A DNA stretch of 47,939 bases from an uncultured Bacteroidota bacterium (GCA_903856555.1 CAIOCC010000103.1:1-47939), one strand, 5' to 3'. Counted from the stretch's first letter, positions 26,506 to 35,947 are shown. Translations and numbers: made by a program. Notes: a model not told the origin generated them from the letters alone.

Positions 26506-26569
26506 GCCCCAAAGTTCGCTACGAAAATCCCTTCAACCCCAAAATCTCTATCAATTCCTTCCGTTTAGA

Positions 26570-29500
26570 ATGGTTTTCATCGTTCTTTTGGGAATGCGAT
26601 GGTTCTTAATTCTTTTGGTTGGGTCCTTCATGATGATGAAGGGTCATGCCCAGCCGGCCGGTGAACGGCCCTCAAGCCCCCTTCGATTGACAGGGCGGGT
26701 GGTCGATTCGGTTACAGGGGAGGGATTGGCCGGGGTGAATGTCTTGGTTCTTTCCCTAAGGGATAGCACTCGAAGCTGGGGGGCTAGCACCGATTTGAGG
26801 GGGGGCTTTGAACTCAATCTACCCAGAGCAGGGGGCTATCGTCTGCGCTGCACCTATGTTGGTTACCGAACCTGGCAGCGAATGGTTCGACTGAACGTGG
26901 ATACCGCCTTGGGGCCTTTGCGCTTGGTCCAGTCCTTGACTGAATTGGGGGAGGTCGAAATTCGAGAGACCGCGCGCAGGGTGGAACAACGCGGTGATAC
27001 CACCGAAATCAATGCGTCTTCCTTTCGAACAGCACCCGATGCGGATGCCGAACAATTGATTCGAAAAATGCCTGGCATCACGGTCGAGAACGGACAACTC
27101 AAAGCCCAGGGCGAAGAAGTCCGCCGGGTATTATTGGACGGTCAGGAATACTTTGGGAACGATGCCACCGCAGCCTTGCGCAATTTGCCGGCCGAAGTCA
27201 TTGACAAAGTGCAATTGATTGATCGCCAAAGCGACCAGGCTCAGTTTACGGGTATCAACGACGGTAACACCGAGAAAACATTGAATCTAATCACTCGTAC
27301 AGGCTTGAATAACAGCCGATTTGGCAAAGTTTATACCGGGGTTGGGGAATTTACAGGGAGTGAATCCCAGCGCTCCGAAGGGGCTTTTGATAACCTGGTC
27401 CTCGAGGACGGATCTGCATCGGGACTTGGTTCACCCACGGAGGGAAGGCGCTGGATGGGGGGAGGGAATGCAACGTATTTCAAAGGGAAACGCAGGCTTA
27501 GTGCGGCCCTTTTGTTAAATAACATTAATCAACAAAATTTTTCGGGGGCAGAATTGAGCGGATTGCTGGGAGGTGGTTCCAATTTGGGCGGTTCTTCGAT
27601 GGGAGGTATGCGTGGTGGCGGACGCGGTATGCCCGACCCGGGTTCGTCCCTGCTCAATCCAAGCCAAAAGGGCCTGACCACAACGCTGAGTTCGGCCCTT
27701 AATTACAGCGATCAATGGGCCGGAACCTGGAAATTGAGCAGTTCATTCCTCGTAACGCGGACAGTGAACGTCCAAAACGCCGCCTCCCTCCGTTCTTGGT
27801 TTAGCATCCCCGGCCTCAGCCAAAGCGATAGCAGCCGTCAACTTCAGGACAATCTACAGAATCGGTGGACCGCTCGATTGGAGTGGAATCCCGACAGCAA
27901 TCGCTCGATGATATGGACCCCCCGTTTTAGCTACGCGGCCCGTCTGGGGCAATTGGCATCGGTCGTGGCCATTGATAGCGGATACACCGATGATGCGCAA
28001 CCGGATGAGCTTTTAAGTCGCAAATTATCCAGGAATTTACTGAGCAACCGTACCGAAAATCTTCAAACCCAAGGTGGTTTTGAGTGGTTGTATCGCCAAC
28101 GATTGGCCAAAGCAAGACGAAACTATTCGGTCAACTGGGCCCTGGACTTTCAGGACCAAAACACACCTCGAGACCAGGTTTCCGAAATCTTTGAGGCCGG
28201 CGAGGGGCCCGTTTTGCCGCCTGTTTGGTGGAACCGACGGGATACAAGTCAACAATCGTTTGATCAAGATCGTGGATTTCTGCGGAATCGTTGGGACCTG
28301 AACTATGTGGAGCCTTTGGGTGCCGAGGGTTTGCTTGAATGGTCGGCTTCGCCTTTGTGGCAGCAGAGTCGTTCGGGGCAACGATTGGAGTCTTCCGACT
28401 CCTCCCAGGCCAGAGGATTGTACAACCAGGTGGCCCGTCAAAACCTGGGTGGCGCTCAATACGGGCTTCGATACCGTTGGGGCAACGACCGCCGTGAACT
28501 ATCGGTGGGTTTGCAGAGGCAGGACTATACCGCGACCCTGTCGGTGGACGAGGTTCTCAGCGGGGAGATCCCTTCCAACTTCCGTTGGAATGCCTGGTTG
28601 CCCAACGCATCTTGGCGTTTTAATCCAACCAAATTTCAACAATACCGGGTTTTTTACCGGGCATCGTCCCAAACTCCTTCGGTGCAGCAGATGCAACCCC
28701 TTTTGGACAATACCAACCCGCTTTCGTTATCGCTGGGGAATCCTTCCTTGGATCAGGCCTTGATGCACACCATCGGGGGACGATTCCGCTGGTCGGATGG
28801 GGCCGGGGGTCGTTCGGTCTTTGTCTTTGTCAACGGCACACGGACCCAAGGGGTGTTGGGGAACGAAAACCTGGTGGTTCCGACCGATACGGCGTTGATG
28901 AGCCGTTGGTGGTCGGACTGGAAAGGACCGCAAACCTGGGGGCTGCAATGGCAGGACCTGGGGCTGGCCCGGGGGGCACAAATCACCAGACCCGCCAATC
29001 TGGGTGAACAGACCAATCTTCGCTGGTATAGCACCTACGCCCATCCTTGGGCCTGGTTAAAGGCCAACATGAATTGGACCTTGACCAGCGGGCATTTGGA
29101 CCAGCCGGTTCGTAACAACGGAAGGGATTCCCGGGTCACAACCCAAAACCTTGGTTTGCAGTGGGGTCTCAGCAGTTCCCGTTCGGAGAAATGGGATTAC
29201 AACCTTTCGTTTAATTTGGGTTGGAACCGCTATCGTAACATCAATCAAAGCATCAAGGGTGCCTGGTTGCCCTACCAGACCCATGCCGCCAATGCCCGCG
29301 TTCAATACACGTGGCGCAAACGGTGGGTTTTGGGTTCGGACTATGCCTGGACGTATTGGGGGGGCTTGGACCAGGGCTTTAACGCCAATGTTCATCTCAT
29401 GAATTTCTCGGTGGCCACCAAGGTATTGCCCAACAAACTTGGGGAATGGCGCTTGTCGGTTTTTGACCTCCTTGGTCAGAATCGGTCGGTGAGTCGAACA

Positions 29501-29674
29501 TTGACCGAACTCTATGTGGACGATAACCGTAACACTGCCTTGGGTCGTTTTGTGATGCTAACATTTACTTACAATTTCCGAAATTTTGGAAAACCAAGCC
29601 GGGACGTGCCGACGGAGAACCGGGTCCCTTCGGGGCATCCCGACCCCAACCGGCCTTGGGAAGGTTGGCGTTAA
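26570..29674 (+). CDS. Outer-membrane beta-barrel protein with CarboxypepD_reg-like and TonB-dependent-receptor plug-like domains
   Basis: ATG 26570 gives a signal peptide (...LILLVGSFMMMKGHAQ). A CarboxypepD_reg-like segment RLTGRVVDSVTGEGLAGVNVLV...GYRLRCTYVGY is followed by a plug-like DTTEINASSF...KMPGITVENG...LLDGQEYFG. The long beta-rich C-terminal part ends ...MLTFTYNF, followed by a 30-aa tail. Confidence 0.75.
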   Translation: MVFIVLLGMRWFLILLVGSFMMMKGHAQPAGERPSSPLRLTGRVVDSVTGEGLAGVNVLVLSLRDSTRSWGASTDLRGGFELNLPRAGGYRLRCTYVGYRTWQRMVRLNVDTALGPLRLVQSLTELGEVEIRETARRVEQRGDTTEINASSFRTAPDADAEQLIRKMPGITVENGQLKAQGEEVRRVLLDGQEYFGNDATAALRNLPAEVIDKVQLIDRQSDQAQFTGINDGNTEKTLNLITRTGLNNSRFGKVYTGVGEFTGSESQRSEGAFDNLVLEDGSASGLGSPTEGRRWMGGGNATYFKGKRRLSAALLLNNINQQNFSGAELSGLLGGGSNLGGSSMGGMRGGGRGMPDPGSSLLNPSQKGLTTTLSSALNYSDQWAGTWKLSSSFLVTRTVNVQNAASLRSWFSIPGLSQSDSSRQLQDNLQNRWTARLEWNPDSNRSMIWTPRFSYAARLGQLASVVAIDSGYTDDAQPDELLSRKLSRNLLSNRTENLQTQGGFEWLYRQRLAKARRNYSVNWALDFQDQNTPRDQVSEIFEAGEGPVLPPVWWNRRDTSQQSFDQDRGFLRNRWDLNYVEPLGAEGLLEWSASPLWQQSRSGQRLESSDSSQARGLYNQVARQNLGGAQYGLRYRWGNDRRELSVGLQRQDYTATLSVDEVLSGEIPSNFRWNAWLPNASWRFNPTKFQQYRVFYRASSQTPSVQQMQPLLDNTNPLSLSLGNPSLDQALMHTIGGRFRWSDGAGGRSVFVFVNGTRTQGVLGNENLVVPTDTALMSRWWSDWKGPQTWGLQWQDLGLARGAQITRPANLGEQTNLRWYSTYAHPWAWLKANMNWTLTSGHLDQPVRNNGRDSRVTTQNLGLQWGLSSSRSEKWDYNLSFNLGWNRYRNINQSIKGAWLPYQTHAANARVQYTWRKRWVLGSDYAWTYWGGLDQGFNANVHLMNFSVATKVLPNKLGEWRLSVFDLLGQNRSVSRTLTELYVDDNRNTALGRFVMLTFTYNFRNFGKPSRDVPTENRVPSGHPDPNRPWEGWR

Positions 29675-29675
29675 A

Positions 29676-30956
29676 CTAATCCTTGCTCCCAAGCAGGTAT
29701 TCGGGCCAGTGGTCTTGGAGCCATCGCTGGTAGGCTTGTTCCCGTTCGTTATCGGCCGGTTGGTAGAAAACCCGACCGCGGAGGCTCTGGGGCATAAAAT
29801 CTTGGTGTACAAAGTGATGCGGTCCTTCGTGGCTGTAGTGGTAGCCCTGTCCGTAGCCCAGGTCTTTTTGCATGGAGGTTACCGGATTGCTCAGGGCTTC
29901 CGGCACGGGGGGCTGTTGACCGGCCTGACGAACCGCCTCCAAGGCGGCCTCGATGGCCAGGTAAGCGGAATTGCTTTTGGGACTTAGGCTGAGGTACAGC
30001 GTGGTTTGGCTCAACGGAATGCGGGCTTCGGGGTAACCGATGCGGGCCACGGATTCCAAGGTGGCGGTGGCCAGGATGAGGGCTTGAGGATTGGCCATGC
30101 CAACATCTTCGGAAGCCAGGATGACCAGTCGCCTCGCAAGAAAGACGGGATCCTCTCCGCCTGATACCAAACGAGCCAGGTAATAAATGGCCGCCTGGGG
30201 GTCGGAACCGCGAATGGATTTGATGAGGGCTGAAATCAATCGGTAGTGCTGGTCGCCATCCCGATCGTGGTAGACCGCAAAGTGGGGAAGGACCGCCAAA
30301 ACGGAGGCATCGGTGATTCGACGCACCCCGTTTTCGGGTACAAGGCTGCCGGCCAACCATTCCAACAAATTGTACATGCGACGGGCATCCCCTTGAGCGT
30401 GCCGAACGAGCGCATTGCTTTCCACGAGTTCCAAGCCAAGAGCCCGCAACTCGGCATCCTGGCTGACGGCCTTGAGGGCGAGTTGATGCAATTCGTCTTT
30501 GCCCAACGGCTGAAGGATCAGCAATTGACAGCGTGAAAGGAGGGCTGGATTCAGCCCAAAGGAAGGGTTCTCGGTGGTCGCGCCAATCAAGGTGAGTTGC
30601 CCGCTTTCGACGGCCCCCAAGAGGCTGTCCTGCTGGGCTTTGTTAAACCGATGAATTTCGTCCAAAAACAAAAGGGGCTTGAACAAACCGTTGCCTTCTT
30701 CAATCACCGCCCGCACATCTTTGACCCCGGCATCCACCGCGCTTAGGAAACGAAACCGCCTCTTGGAATGAACGGCCAGCATACGAGCCAAACTGGTTTT
30801 GCCGGAACCCGGAGGGCCCCAAAGCAGGAGCGATGGCAAAGATCCCTCCTCCCAAAAGCGACGAAGCAATCCTTGAGGTCCGACCAATTCTTGTTGACCC
30901 ACGAGGTCCTCGAGGCGTTCGGGGCGCATGCGTTCGGCTAAGGGCGGTTGGACCAT
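29676..30956 (-). CDS. rarA: Replication-associated recombination protein A (AAA+ ATPase)
   Basis: [16 protein letters not shown], Walker [25 protein letters not shown], and the MgsA C-terminal domain ([14 protein letters not shown]). Confidence 0.9.
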   Translation of the reverse strand: MVQPPLAERMRPERLEDLVGQQELVGPQGLLRRFWEEGSLPSLLLWGPPGSGKTSLARMLAVHSKRRFRFLSAVDAGVKDVRAVIEEGNGLFKPLLFLDEIHRFNKAQQDSLLGAVESGQLTLIGATTENPSFGLNPALLSRCQLLILQPLGKDELHQLALKAVSQDAELRALGLELVESNALVRHAQGDARRMYNLLEWLAGSLVPENGVRRITDASVLAVLPHFAVYHDRDGDQHYRLISALIKSIRGSDPQAAIYYLARLVSGGEDPVFLARRLVILASEDVGMANPQALILATATLESVARIGYPEARIPLSQTTLYLSLSPKSNSAYLAIEAALEAVRQAGQQPPVPEALSNPVTSMQKDLGYGQGYHYSHEGPHHFVHQDFMPQSLRGRVFYQPADNEREQAYQRWLQDHWPEYLLGSKD

Positions 30957-30960
30957 TTGT

Positions 30961-30968
30961 CAAAGGTA
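30961..30968 (-). promoter_or_regulatory. Candidate -7 box TACCTTTG, 4 nt upstream of the rarA ATG (30956)
   Basis: Perfect TAnnTTTG on the minus strand. The sequence reads TACCTTTG-ACAA-ATG. Confidence 0.4.
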
Positions 30969-30996
30969 TGAAACCACCTGCGCGCCCGCTTTGCGC

Positions 30997-31004
30997 TATT
31001 TTTG
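30997..31004 (+). promoter_or_regulatory. Candidate -7 box TATTTTTG, 4 nt upstream of GTG 31009 (mnmD)
   Basis: Perfect TAnnTTTG. The sequence reads TATTTTTG-GATC-GTG, the same geometry as hldD, rarA and prfB. Confidence 0.4.
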
Positions 31005-31008
31005 GATC

Positions 31009-31746
31009 GTGTCTGATGCTCATCCACCGGAACTGCTCATTACCGGAGATGGTTCCCATACGATTCGTCGGGGCGCTGGCCCTACCTACCACAGCCTGCA
31101 CGGTGCCCTGACCGAATCCAGGCATATTTACCAAGAGGCCGGTCTGCGCGCCCTGTTGGAGTTTCGAAGCCAAAACCCAAAAGCGGCCGTTGACGGGGGT
31201 GAAAAGGTTCGTATTCTGGAAATTGGTTTGGGAACTGGCCTCAATGCCGCCCTCGCCTTGGAGACTTGTTTAGAAGCCCCTCTGCTTCGAATCGACTACA
31301 CCGCCTTGGAGCCGTTTCCACTGTCACCGGGATGGATGATGGACCTGAATTACGCTTCTTTTCTTAGGGCTCAATCATGGCAGGTATGGGCCGAGCAGTA
31401 CCCGACTTTGTACGAGGGGTTGAGAACCCAGGGAGAGGGGGCCTGGTCTTTGGAAAGGGTGGGCCTTGCTTATTCGCTCAAGGTCATGGCCCAACCTTGG
31501 CCTTGCCCTTTGGAGGGTCCCTTTGATTTGGTGTTTTGGGATGCCTTTGGTCCAAGCCACGCCCCTGATTTATGGGAGGAGGAATCCTTGGTGGCCCTGA
31601 ATCGTTGGACGGCCCCCGGAGCATGGCTGGTGACCTTTGGGGCCAGCGGGGCTTTTGGCCGCCTCCTCAAGGGGTTGGGTTGGGAGGTTCAAAGGCTGAC
31701 GGGTCCTCCAGGCAAGCGGGAAATCATCCGTGCCAGGAAACCCTGA
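31009..31746 (+). CDS. mnmD: tRNA (5-methylaminomethyl-2-thiouridine)(34)-methyltransferase MnmD
   Basis: ITGDGSHTIRRG..YHSLHGALTESRHIY, the SAM motif ILEIGLGTGLN, and FDLVFWDAFGPSHAPDLW. I prefer GTG 31009 (MSDAHPPELLITGDGSHT) because a -7 box sits 4 nt upstream. The track's ATG 30928 would overlap divergent rarA by 29 nt and add non-conserved residues. Confidence 0.75.
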   Translation: MSDAHPPELLITGDGSHTIRRGAGPTYHSLHGALTESRHIYQEAGLRALLEFRSQNPKAAVDGGEKVRILEIGLGTGLNAALALETCLEAPLLRIDYTALEPFPLSPGWMMDLNYASFLRAQSWQVWAEQYPTLYEGLRTQGEGAWSLERVGLAYSLKVMAQPWPCPLEGPFDLVFWDAFGPSHAPDLWEEESLVALNRWTAPGAWLVTFGASGAFGRLLKGLGWEVQRLTGPPGKREIIRARKP

Positions 31747-31768
31747 ATTTCATTGCATCTTTGGGTCC

Positions 31769-32797
31769 ATGTATCGTTGGTTGCAAGGTTTTCTTTTTGG
31801 TTTGGAACCCGAGAGGGCCCATCATCTCACCCTCCATGTTTCCCAGGTCCTGTTGAGGATTCCGGGAATGAAACGTTTTTGGGCGTTGTTGTGGCCCAAG
31901 GTATCGGATCAGTGGGAGGGGATGGGCCTGCATTGGGAAAACCGTTTGGGCCTTGCGGCCGGTTTTGACAAAGATGCCCGCTACCTCGAGGTGTGGAAGG
32001 CCCTGGGTTTTGGTTTTGTGGAGGTAGGTACCTTGACCCCCAGGCCCCAGCCCGGCAATCCCCAACCTCGACTTTTTCGTCTCGTCCGCCACAAGGCCCT
32101 CCTCAACAGACTGGGCTTTAACAACGGCGGGGTAGAGGCAGCGGTCCCTCGATTGCGTCATCGCCCCAAGGGATTGGTGGTGGGCGCGAATATCGGCAAA
32201 AACAAAGACACCCCCAACGGGGAGGCCGTGAAGGATTATGTGACTTGTGTTGAGGTTCTCCATCCTTGGGTGGATTACTTCACCATCAATCTTAGCTCTC
32301 CCAACACACCGGGACTGCGCGATTTGCAAGAAGCCGGTTTTTTGGACAACTTGTTGGAGACCATCGCCGGTTTGGCTTGTCAAAAGAACGTGCGTAGGCC
32401 GGTTTGGGTCAAGCTGGCCCCGGACCTAGCCCCGGACGATTGGCAAAGTCTGTGGCCGGTCTTTGCCAAACATCAAATCGATGGTTTGGTCTTGACCAAT
32501 ACGACGGTGGACCGCAGCCTTTTGGGTGCCCAAGCCGCAGAGGCCGAGACTTTGGGGGCCGGTGGTCTGAGTGGGGCGCCCCTCGCCGCCAAATCCGAGG
32601 CCATGTTGAAGGCCATGAAGACCTACGGAACCAGCTACGGTTTCTGCCCATCCCTTGTTTCGGTGGGTGGTGTGATGAGTGGAAGCGATGCAACCCGGCG
32701 TCTGGAATTGGGCGCGCATTTGGTGCAGGTTTATACGGGCCTGGTTTACCGAGGCCCGGCCTTGGTGGGAGAATGTGTTCGCGCTATGCGGTCCTAG
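31769..32797 (+). CDS. pyrD: Dihydroorotate dehydrogenase (quinone)
   Basis: The internal ATG 31769 gives MYRWLQGFLFGLEPERAHHL. Motifs: GLAAGFDKD, GFGFVEVGTLTPRPQPGNPQPRLFRL, NIGKNK, NLSSPNTPGLR, GGLSGAP. A near-consensus box cATCTTTG lies 5 nt upstream. Confidence 0.9.
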   Translation: MYRWLQGFLFGLEPERAHHLTLHVSQVLLRIPGMKRFWALLWPKVSDQWEGMGLHWENRLGLAAGFDKDARYLEVWKALGFGFVEVGTLTPRPQPGNPQPRLFRLVRHKALLNRLGFNNGGVEAAVPRLRHRPKGLVVGANIGKNKDTPNGEAVKDYVTCVEVLHPWVDYFTINLSSPNTPGLRDLQEAGFLDNLLETIAGLACQKNVRRPVWVKLAPDLAPDDWQSLWPVFAKHQIDGLVLTNTTVDRSLLGAQAAEAETLGAGGLSGAPLAAKSEAMLKAMKTYGTSYGFCPSLVSVGGVMSGSDATRRLELGAHLVQVYTGLVYRGPALVGECVRAMRS

Positions 32798-33480
32798 TGC
32801 TCAAAGGCATAACGCAGGATATTCGCGCCCATTTGCAGGGCCTGCGTTCGCAGCGTCTCGGGGTCCTTGTGGACCGAGGCATCTTCCCATCCATCGCCTA
32901 GATCGCATTGGTAGGTATAGAACACGACGATTTTGTTTTCCCAAACCAAGGCCAAGCCCTGGGCTGGTTGACCGTCGTGTTCGTGGATTTTGGGTAGCCC
33001 ACCGTTCATTCGAAAAGGCGCCCGGTACAAGGGATGATCGGCCGCCACCCGAACCCAGTCCAGTTCCGGAAAAACTTTTTTGAATTCGCTGCGAACGTAG
33101 GGGTCCATGCCATAATTATCGTCAACATGAAGAAAACCTCCACCGGTCAGGTATTGACGGAGGTTGCGGGCCTCGGAGTCCGTGAACAGAACCCGACCAT
33201 GCCCCGTCATGTGCAACCAAGGGAAACGAAAGAGGTCAGGGCTACCCACTTCGGCCACTTCTTCTTGGACTTTGAGGGAGGTACCCATGTGGCGGTTGCA
33301 AAACCGGGCCAGGTTGGGCAAGGAGCTGGGATTGGCGTACCAATCACCGCCGCCACCGTAACGCAGTCTTCCCAAACTGATCGTGCCGGCTGTGGAGTTC
33401 TGTGCAGCCATGTTGGGGGATTGCGCCTGGGCATGGCCCAAGAGACCCCCACCCATTCCCATCACGATGCACCATAACAT
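32794..33480 (-). other. DUF4159-like module with its own in-frame ATG (33480) and a signal-peptide-like N-terminus; possibly translated independently
   Basis: ATG 33480 precedes MLWCIVMGMGGGLLGHAQAQ. The module length (228 aa) equals that of stand-alone DUF4159 proteins. Confidence 0.5.
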
Positions 33481-34191
33481 CAGAAGCAAACGACTCCCTC
33501 GGTGGGTCCAATGGGCCAAGGCGGCCAGGGTGGCCGTTTCGGTGCGCAGTCGGTGGGGGCCCAGGTCCAGGCCTTGGGCTCCGAGCGAAGCCAGGTGGTT
33601 GACTTCCTTTTCGCTCAAATCACCTTCGGGTCCTAACACGAGACAGACCGGACGGTCCGTTTCAATTTGTTGAATCGGAATCCGGGGAAGATGGGGGTGG
33701 CAGTGGGCCATCCACAAAGCAATGGATGAATTTGGTTTCCATTGTTGCAAGGTCTGCGGCTCGGCGAGCAAGGGCTGGTAGCAACGCAAGGATTGTTTCA
33801 TGGCTGATTCTATAATTCGTTGCAGGCGATCGGGTTTCCAGCGGTGGTGTTCGGTCCGTTCGCAGACCAAAGGAAGGATGCGCGTGGCCCCCAGTTCGGT
33901 GGCTTTTTCGATCAACCATTCCCAGCGGCCTTCGTTATGCAAAGGCGATACCGCCAATTCCAACGGCAAAGGAGCGGGCTCTTCGTGCAGCGTCTGAATT
34001 TCAAGAACGGCACCGGTAGGGAGGGCCTTTTGGAGAATGCAGCGGGCAAGCAATCCACGGCCGTTGGTCACCAGGACCGTGACCCCCTCACGTTCACGGC
34101 GAACCCGAACCAAATGCCGGGATTCTTCGGGTTTTAGCTCAAAACTTCCGGCTTGGGGCAAGTCCGGGTCCAGGTACAATTCGGTATTCAT
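32794..34191 (-). CDS. rsmE: 16S rRNA (uracil1498-N3)-methyltransferase RsmE fused in frame to a DUF4159-like exported domain (one uninterrupted 465-codon ORF)
   Basis: Residues 1-~228 are RsmE (ELKPEESRHLVRV, VSPLHNEGRWEWLIEKATELGA, LVLGPEGDLSEKEV, RLRTETA). There is no stop codon. The frame continues through the hydrophobic LLLMLWCIVMGMGGGLLGHAQAQ into GRLRYGGGGDWYANPSSLPNL...FLHVDDNYGMDPY...DLGDGWED...ALQMGANILRYAF (DUF4159-like). Confidence 0.75.
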   Translation of the reverse strand: MNTELYLDPDLPQAGSFELKPEESRHLVRVRREREGVTVLVTNGRGLLARCILQKALPTGAVLEIQTLHEEPAPLPLELAVSPLHNEGRWEWLIEKATELGATRILPLVCERTEHHRWKPDRLQRIIESAMKQSLRCYQPLLAEPQTLQQWKPNSSIALWMAHCHPHLPRIPIQQIETDRPVCLVLGPEGDLSEKEVNHLASLGAQGLDLGPHRLRTETATLAALAHWTHRGSRLLLMLWCIVMGMGGGLLGHAQAQSPNMAAQNSTAGTISLGRLRYGGGGDWYANPSSLPNLARFCNRHMGTSLKVQEEVAEVGSPDLFRFPWLHMTGHGRVLFTDSEARNLRQYLTGGGFLHVDDNYGMDPYVRSEFKKVFPELDWVRVAADHPLYRAPFRMNGGLPKIHEHDGQPAQGLALVWENKIVVFYTYQCDLGDGWEDASVHKDPETLRTQALQMGANILRYAFEH

Positions 34192-35141
34192 GGCAGTTTA
34201 ACCTGTGGCAAATTACAGCGAATCCAGTCTAGACGTGAATCCACATCCAGGAGGGTCGGTGGAATCCATTGTACCGCTTCGCAACGCCTGAACCAGGTCA
34301 ATTGACGGCGGGCATAATTGCGGGTATGCTGCCGAATTAGATCAAGGCAGGTCCCCCTCGATACCTGGCCTTGCCAATAGGCCGGCCATTCGGCGTACCC
34401 CGGGCTTTTGAGAGCCTTGTGATCGGCGTAGGGGTAGAGGGCCTGGGCCTCCGATTCGAGACCGGCCCCGTCCATGGTTTCGACGCGTTGATTGATTTGG
34501 TCGTAAAGTCGTGCCCGATCGGGTTGGAGTCCGATCCAATGGCAATCAAAGTCCCGCTGCTTGACCGAACGGGTCCACAGGTCGGTGACCGGACGGCCCT
34601 CCGTGTCCATAATTTCCAAAGCCCGTATCAGGCGTTGGTGGTTCTGCATATCGGCGCGGGCCGCGTAGGCAGGGTCCCTTTGAAGGACCGCCGTTTGGAG
34701 AGCGGCCAAACCCTCCTGTTCCCACAGGGTTTGCCAATGCCTGCGTCGATCGGGTTGTTCTTGGCCCAGGGCATCAAAGCCTTCAACCAAGGCTCGTATA
34801 AAAAGACCAGCACCTCCACATACGACCACGGTGGAATGACGAGCCCACAAGGTGGGAAGCAGGGCCAGGGCTTCGCTCTCGAAGCTCCCGGCGCTCAGAT
34901 GTTGGGAGACCGAACGATCCCCTACAAAAAAATGGGGAACACCCTCTTGTTCAGCAAGCGTAGCAGCCGCCGACCCCACGGGCATTTCACGGTAACATTG
35001 CCTGGAATCGGCCGAGATGACCGAGGTTTGAAATTGCTTGGCCAGTTGAACGGCCAGGGCCGTTTTGCCGGAGGCGGTTGGACCAACCACCAGCAATAGC
35101 CGGGGTCGAGGTGTTGGGTTCTCAGTAATCGTCGTCGTCAT
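34188..35141 (-). CDS. miaA: tRNA dimethylallyltransferase
   Basis: The internal ATG 35141 of track ORF 34188-35399 gives MTTTITENPTPRPRLLLVVGPTASGKT (P-loop), then SADSRQCYREMPVGSA. ATGA overlap with the rsmE start. Confidence 0.9.
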   Translation of the reverse strand: MTTTITENPTPRPRLLLVVGPTASGKTALAVQLAKQFQTSVISADSRQCYREMPVGSAAATLAEQEGVPHFFVGDRSVSQHLSAGSFESEALALLPTLWARHSTVVVCGGAGLFIRALVEGFDALGQEQPDRRRHWQTLWEQEGLAALQTAVLQRDPAYAARADMQNHQRLIRALEIMDTEGRPVTDLWTRSVKQRDFDCHWIGLQPDRARLYDQINQRVETMDGAGLESEAQALYPYADHKALKSPGYAEWPAYWQGQVSRGTCLDLIRQHTRNYARRQLTWFRRCEAVQWIPPTLLDVDSRLDWIRCNLPQVKLP

Positions 35142-35895
35142 ATCCCCCGGAACGACGACCGCTGTCCCGTTCGTTATCCTCGTCTTCCTCCTCATCGTAA
35201 TCCCCGTCTTCGTCCTCGTTCTCTTTGTCTTGATCGCTGTCGTCGCTGAGATCTTCGTCCAAAACAAAACCAGCCGGTACTTCATCCGCTGAATTTCCCA
35301 AATCCAAGCTGGAGGATTTGCGCGAATGCCCCATGGTTTCGATCTGCTCAAAAAGTTGGTCTTCCTGCAAATCATCGGATTCCGGTTCGCTTTCTTCAAC
35401 GGCCAGGGGCAGGGAGGCGGCAGGGGCGGATGTTCCGGTGGTGCTCGGTTCGGACTTGGCCGCCTGGGTTTGGCGGGGGTTGTATTGTTTGGGCGGATCG
35501 CCCTCGGCCCGGACCACCCTTGGAAGGACGACGTCCCCTTTGGGTAGACCCTGGATGGCGATTAATTCCACCAAAAAAGCCCACGAATCTTCTTCGGACC
35601 GGTACACATAAATAAATCGTTGGTGGGGGTCGTCGATGAATTGACTTATTTTGGTTGCAATCATCGGAGCGGCGTTGCCTATCAAGGAATAGGGGATATC
35701 CTTGAAGGCGATTTCATCCTCCATATGCCACAGATCATCGCTGTAAAAGAAGGATGCCGAATGTTTGAGGTCAAACGAAAAAGCCTTGAGAATGGCAAAA
35801 TGAAAATCCTCAAAACTCTGACTGGCTTTGATTTCGATTTCCCGGAAGAGGTCTTCGTAATCTTCGATGATGACCTTGAAACGGTATACGGACAT
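35122..35895 (-). CDS. PRiA4_ORF3-like (MM3350/TnpR-passenger-like) domain protein with a strongly acidic C-terminal tail
   Basis: ATG 35895 gives MSVYRFKVIIEDYEDLFREIEIKASQSFEDFHFAILKAFSFDLKHSASFF..., the pattern of the pRiA4b ORF-3 fold. The last ~80 aa are D/E-rich (DDSDQDKENEDEDGDYDEEEDEDNE...YDDDDY). Its 3' end overlaps miaA by 20 nt. Confidence 0.5.
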   Translation of the reverse strand: MSVYRFKVIIEDYEDLFREIEIKASQSFEDFHFAILKAFSFDLKHSASFFYSDDLWHMEDEIAFKDIPYSLIGNAAPMIATKISQFIDDPHQRFIYVYRSEEDSWAFLVELIAIQGLPKGDVVLPRVVRAEGDPPKQYNPRQTQAAKSEPSTTGTSAPAASLPLAVEESEPESDDLQEDQLFEQIETMGHSRKSSSLDLGNSADEVPAGFVLDEDLSDDSDQDKENEDEDGDYDEEEDEDNERDSGRRSGGYDDDDY

Positions 35896-35947
35896 GGGGG
35901 CTGGGGGAGTGTTTTTGGAGGGTGCTAATTTGCGCAAGGATTGGCAT

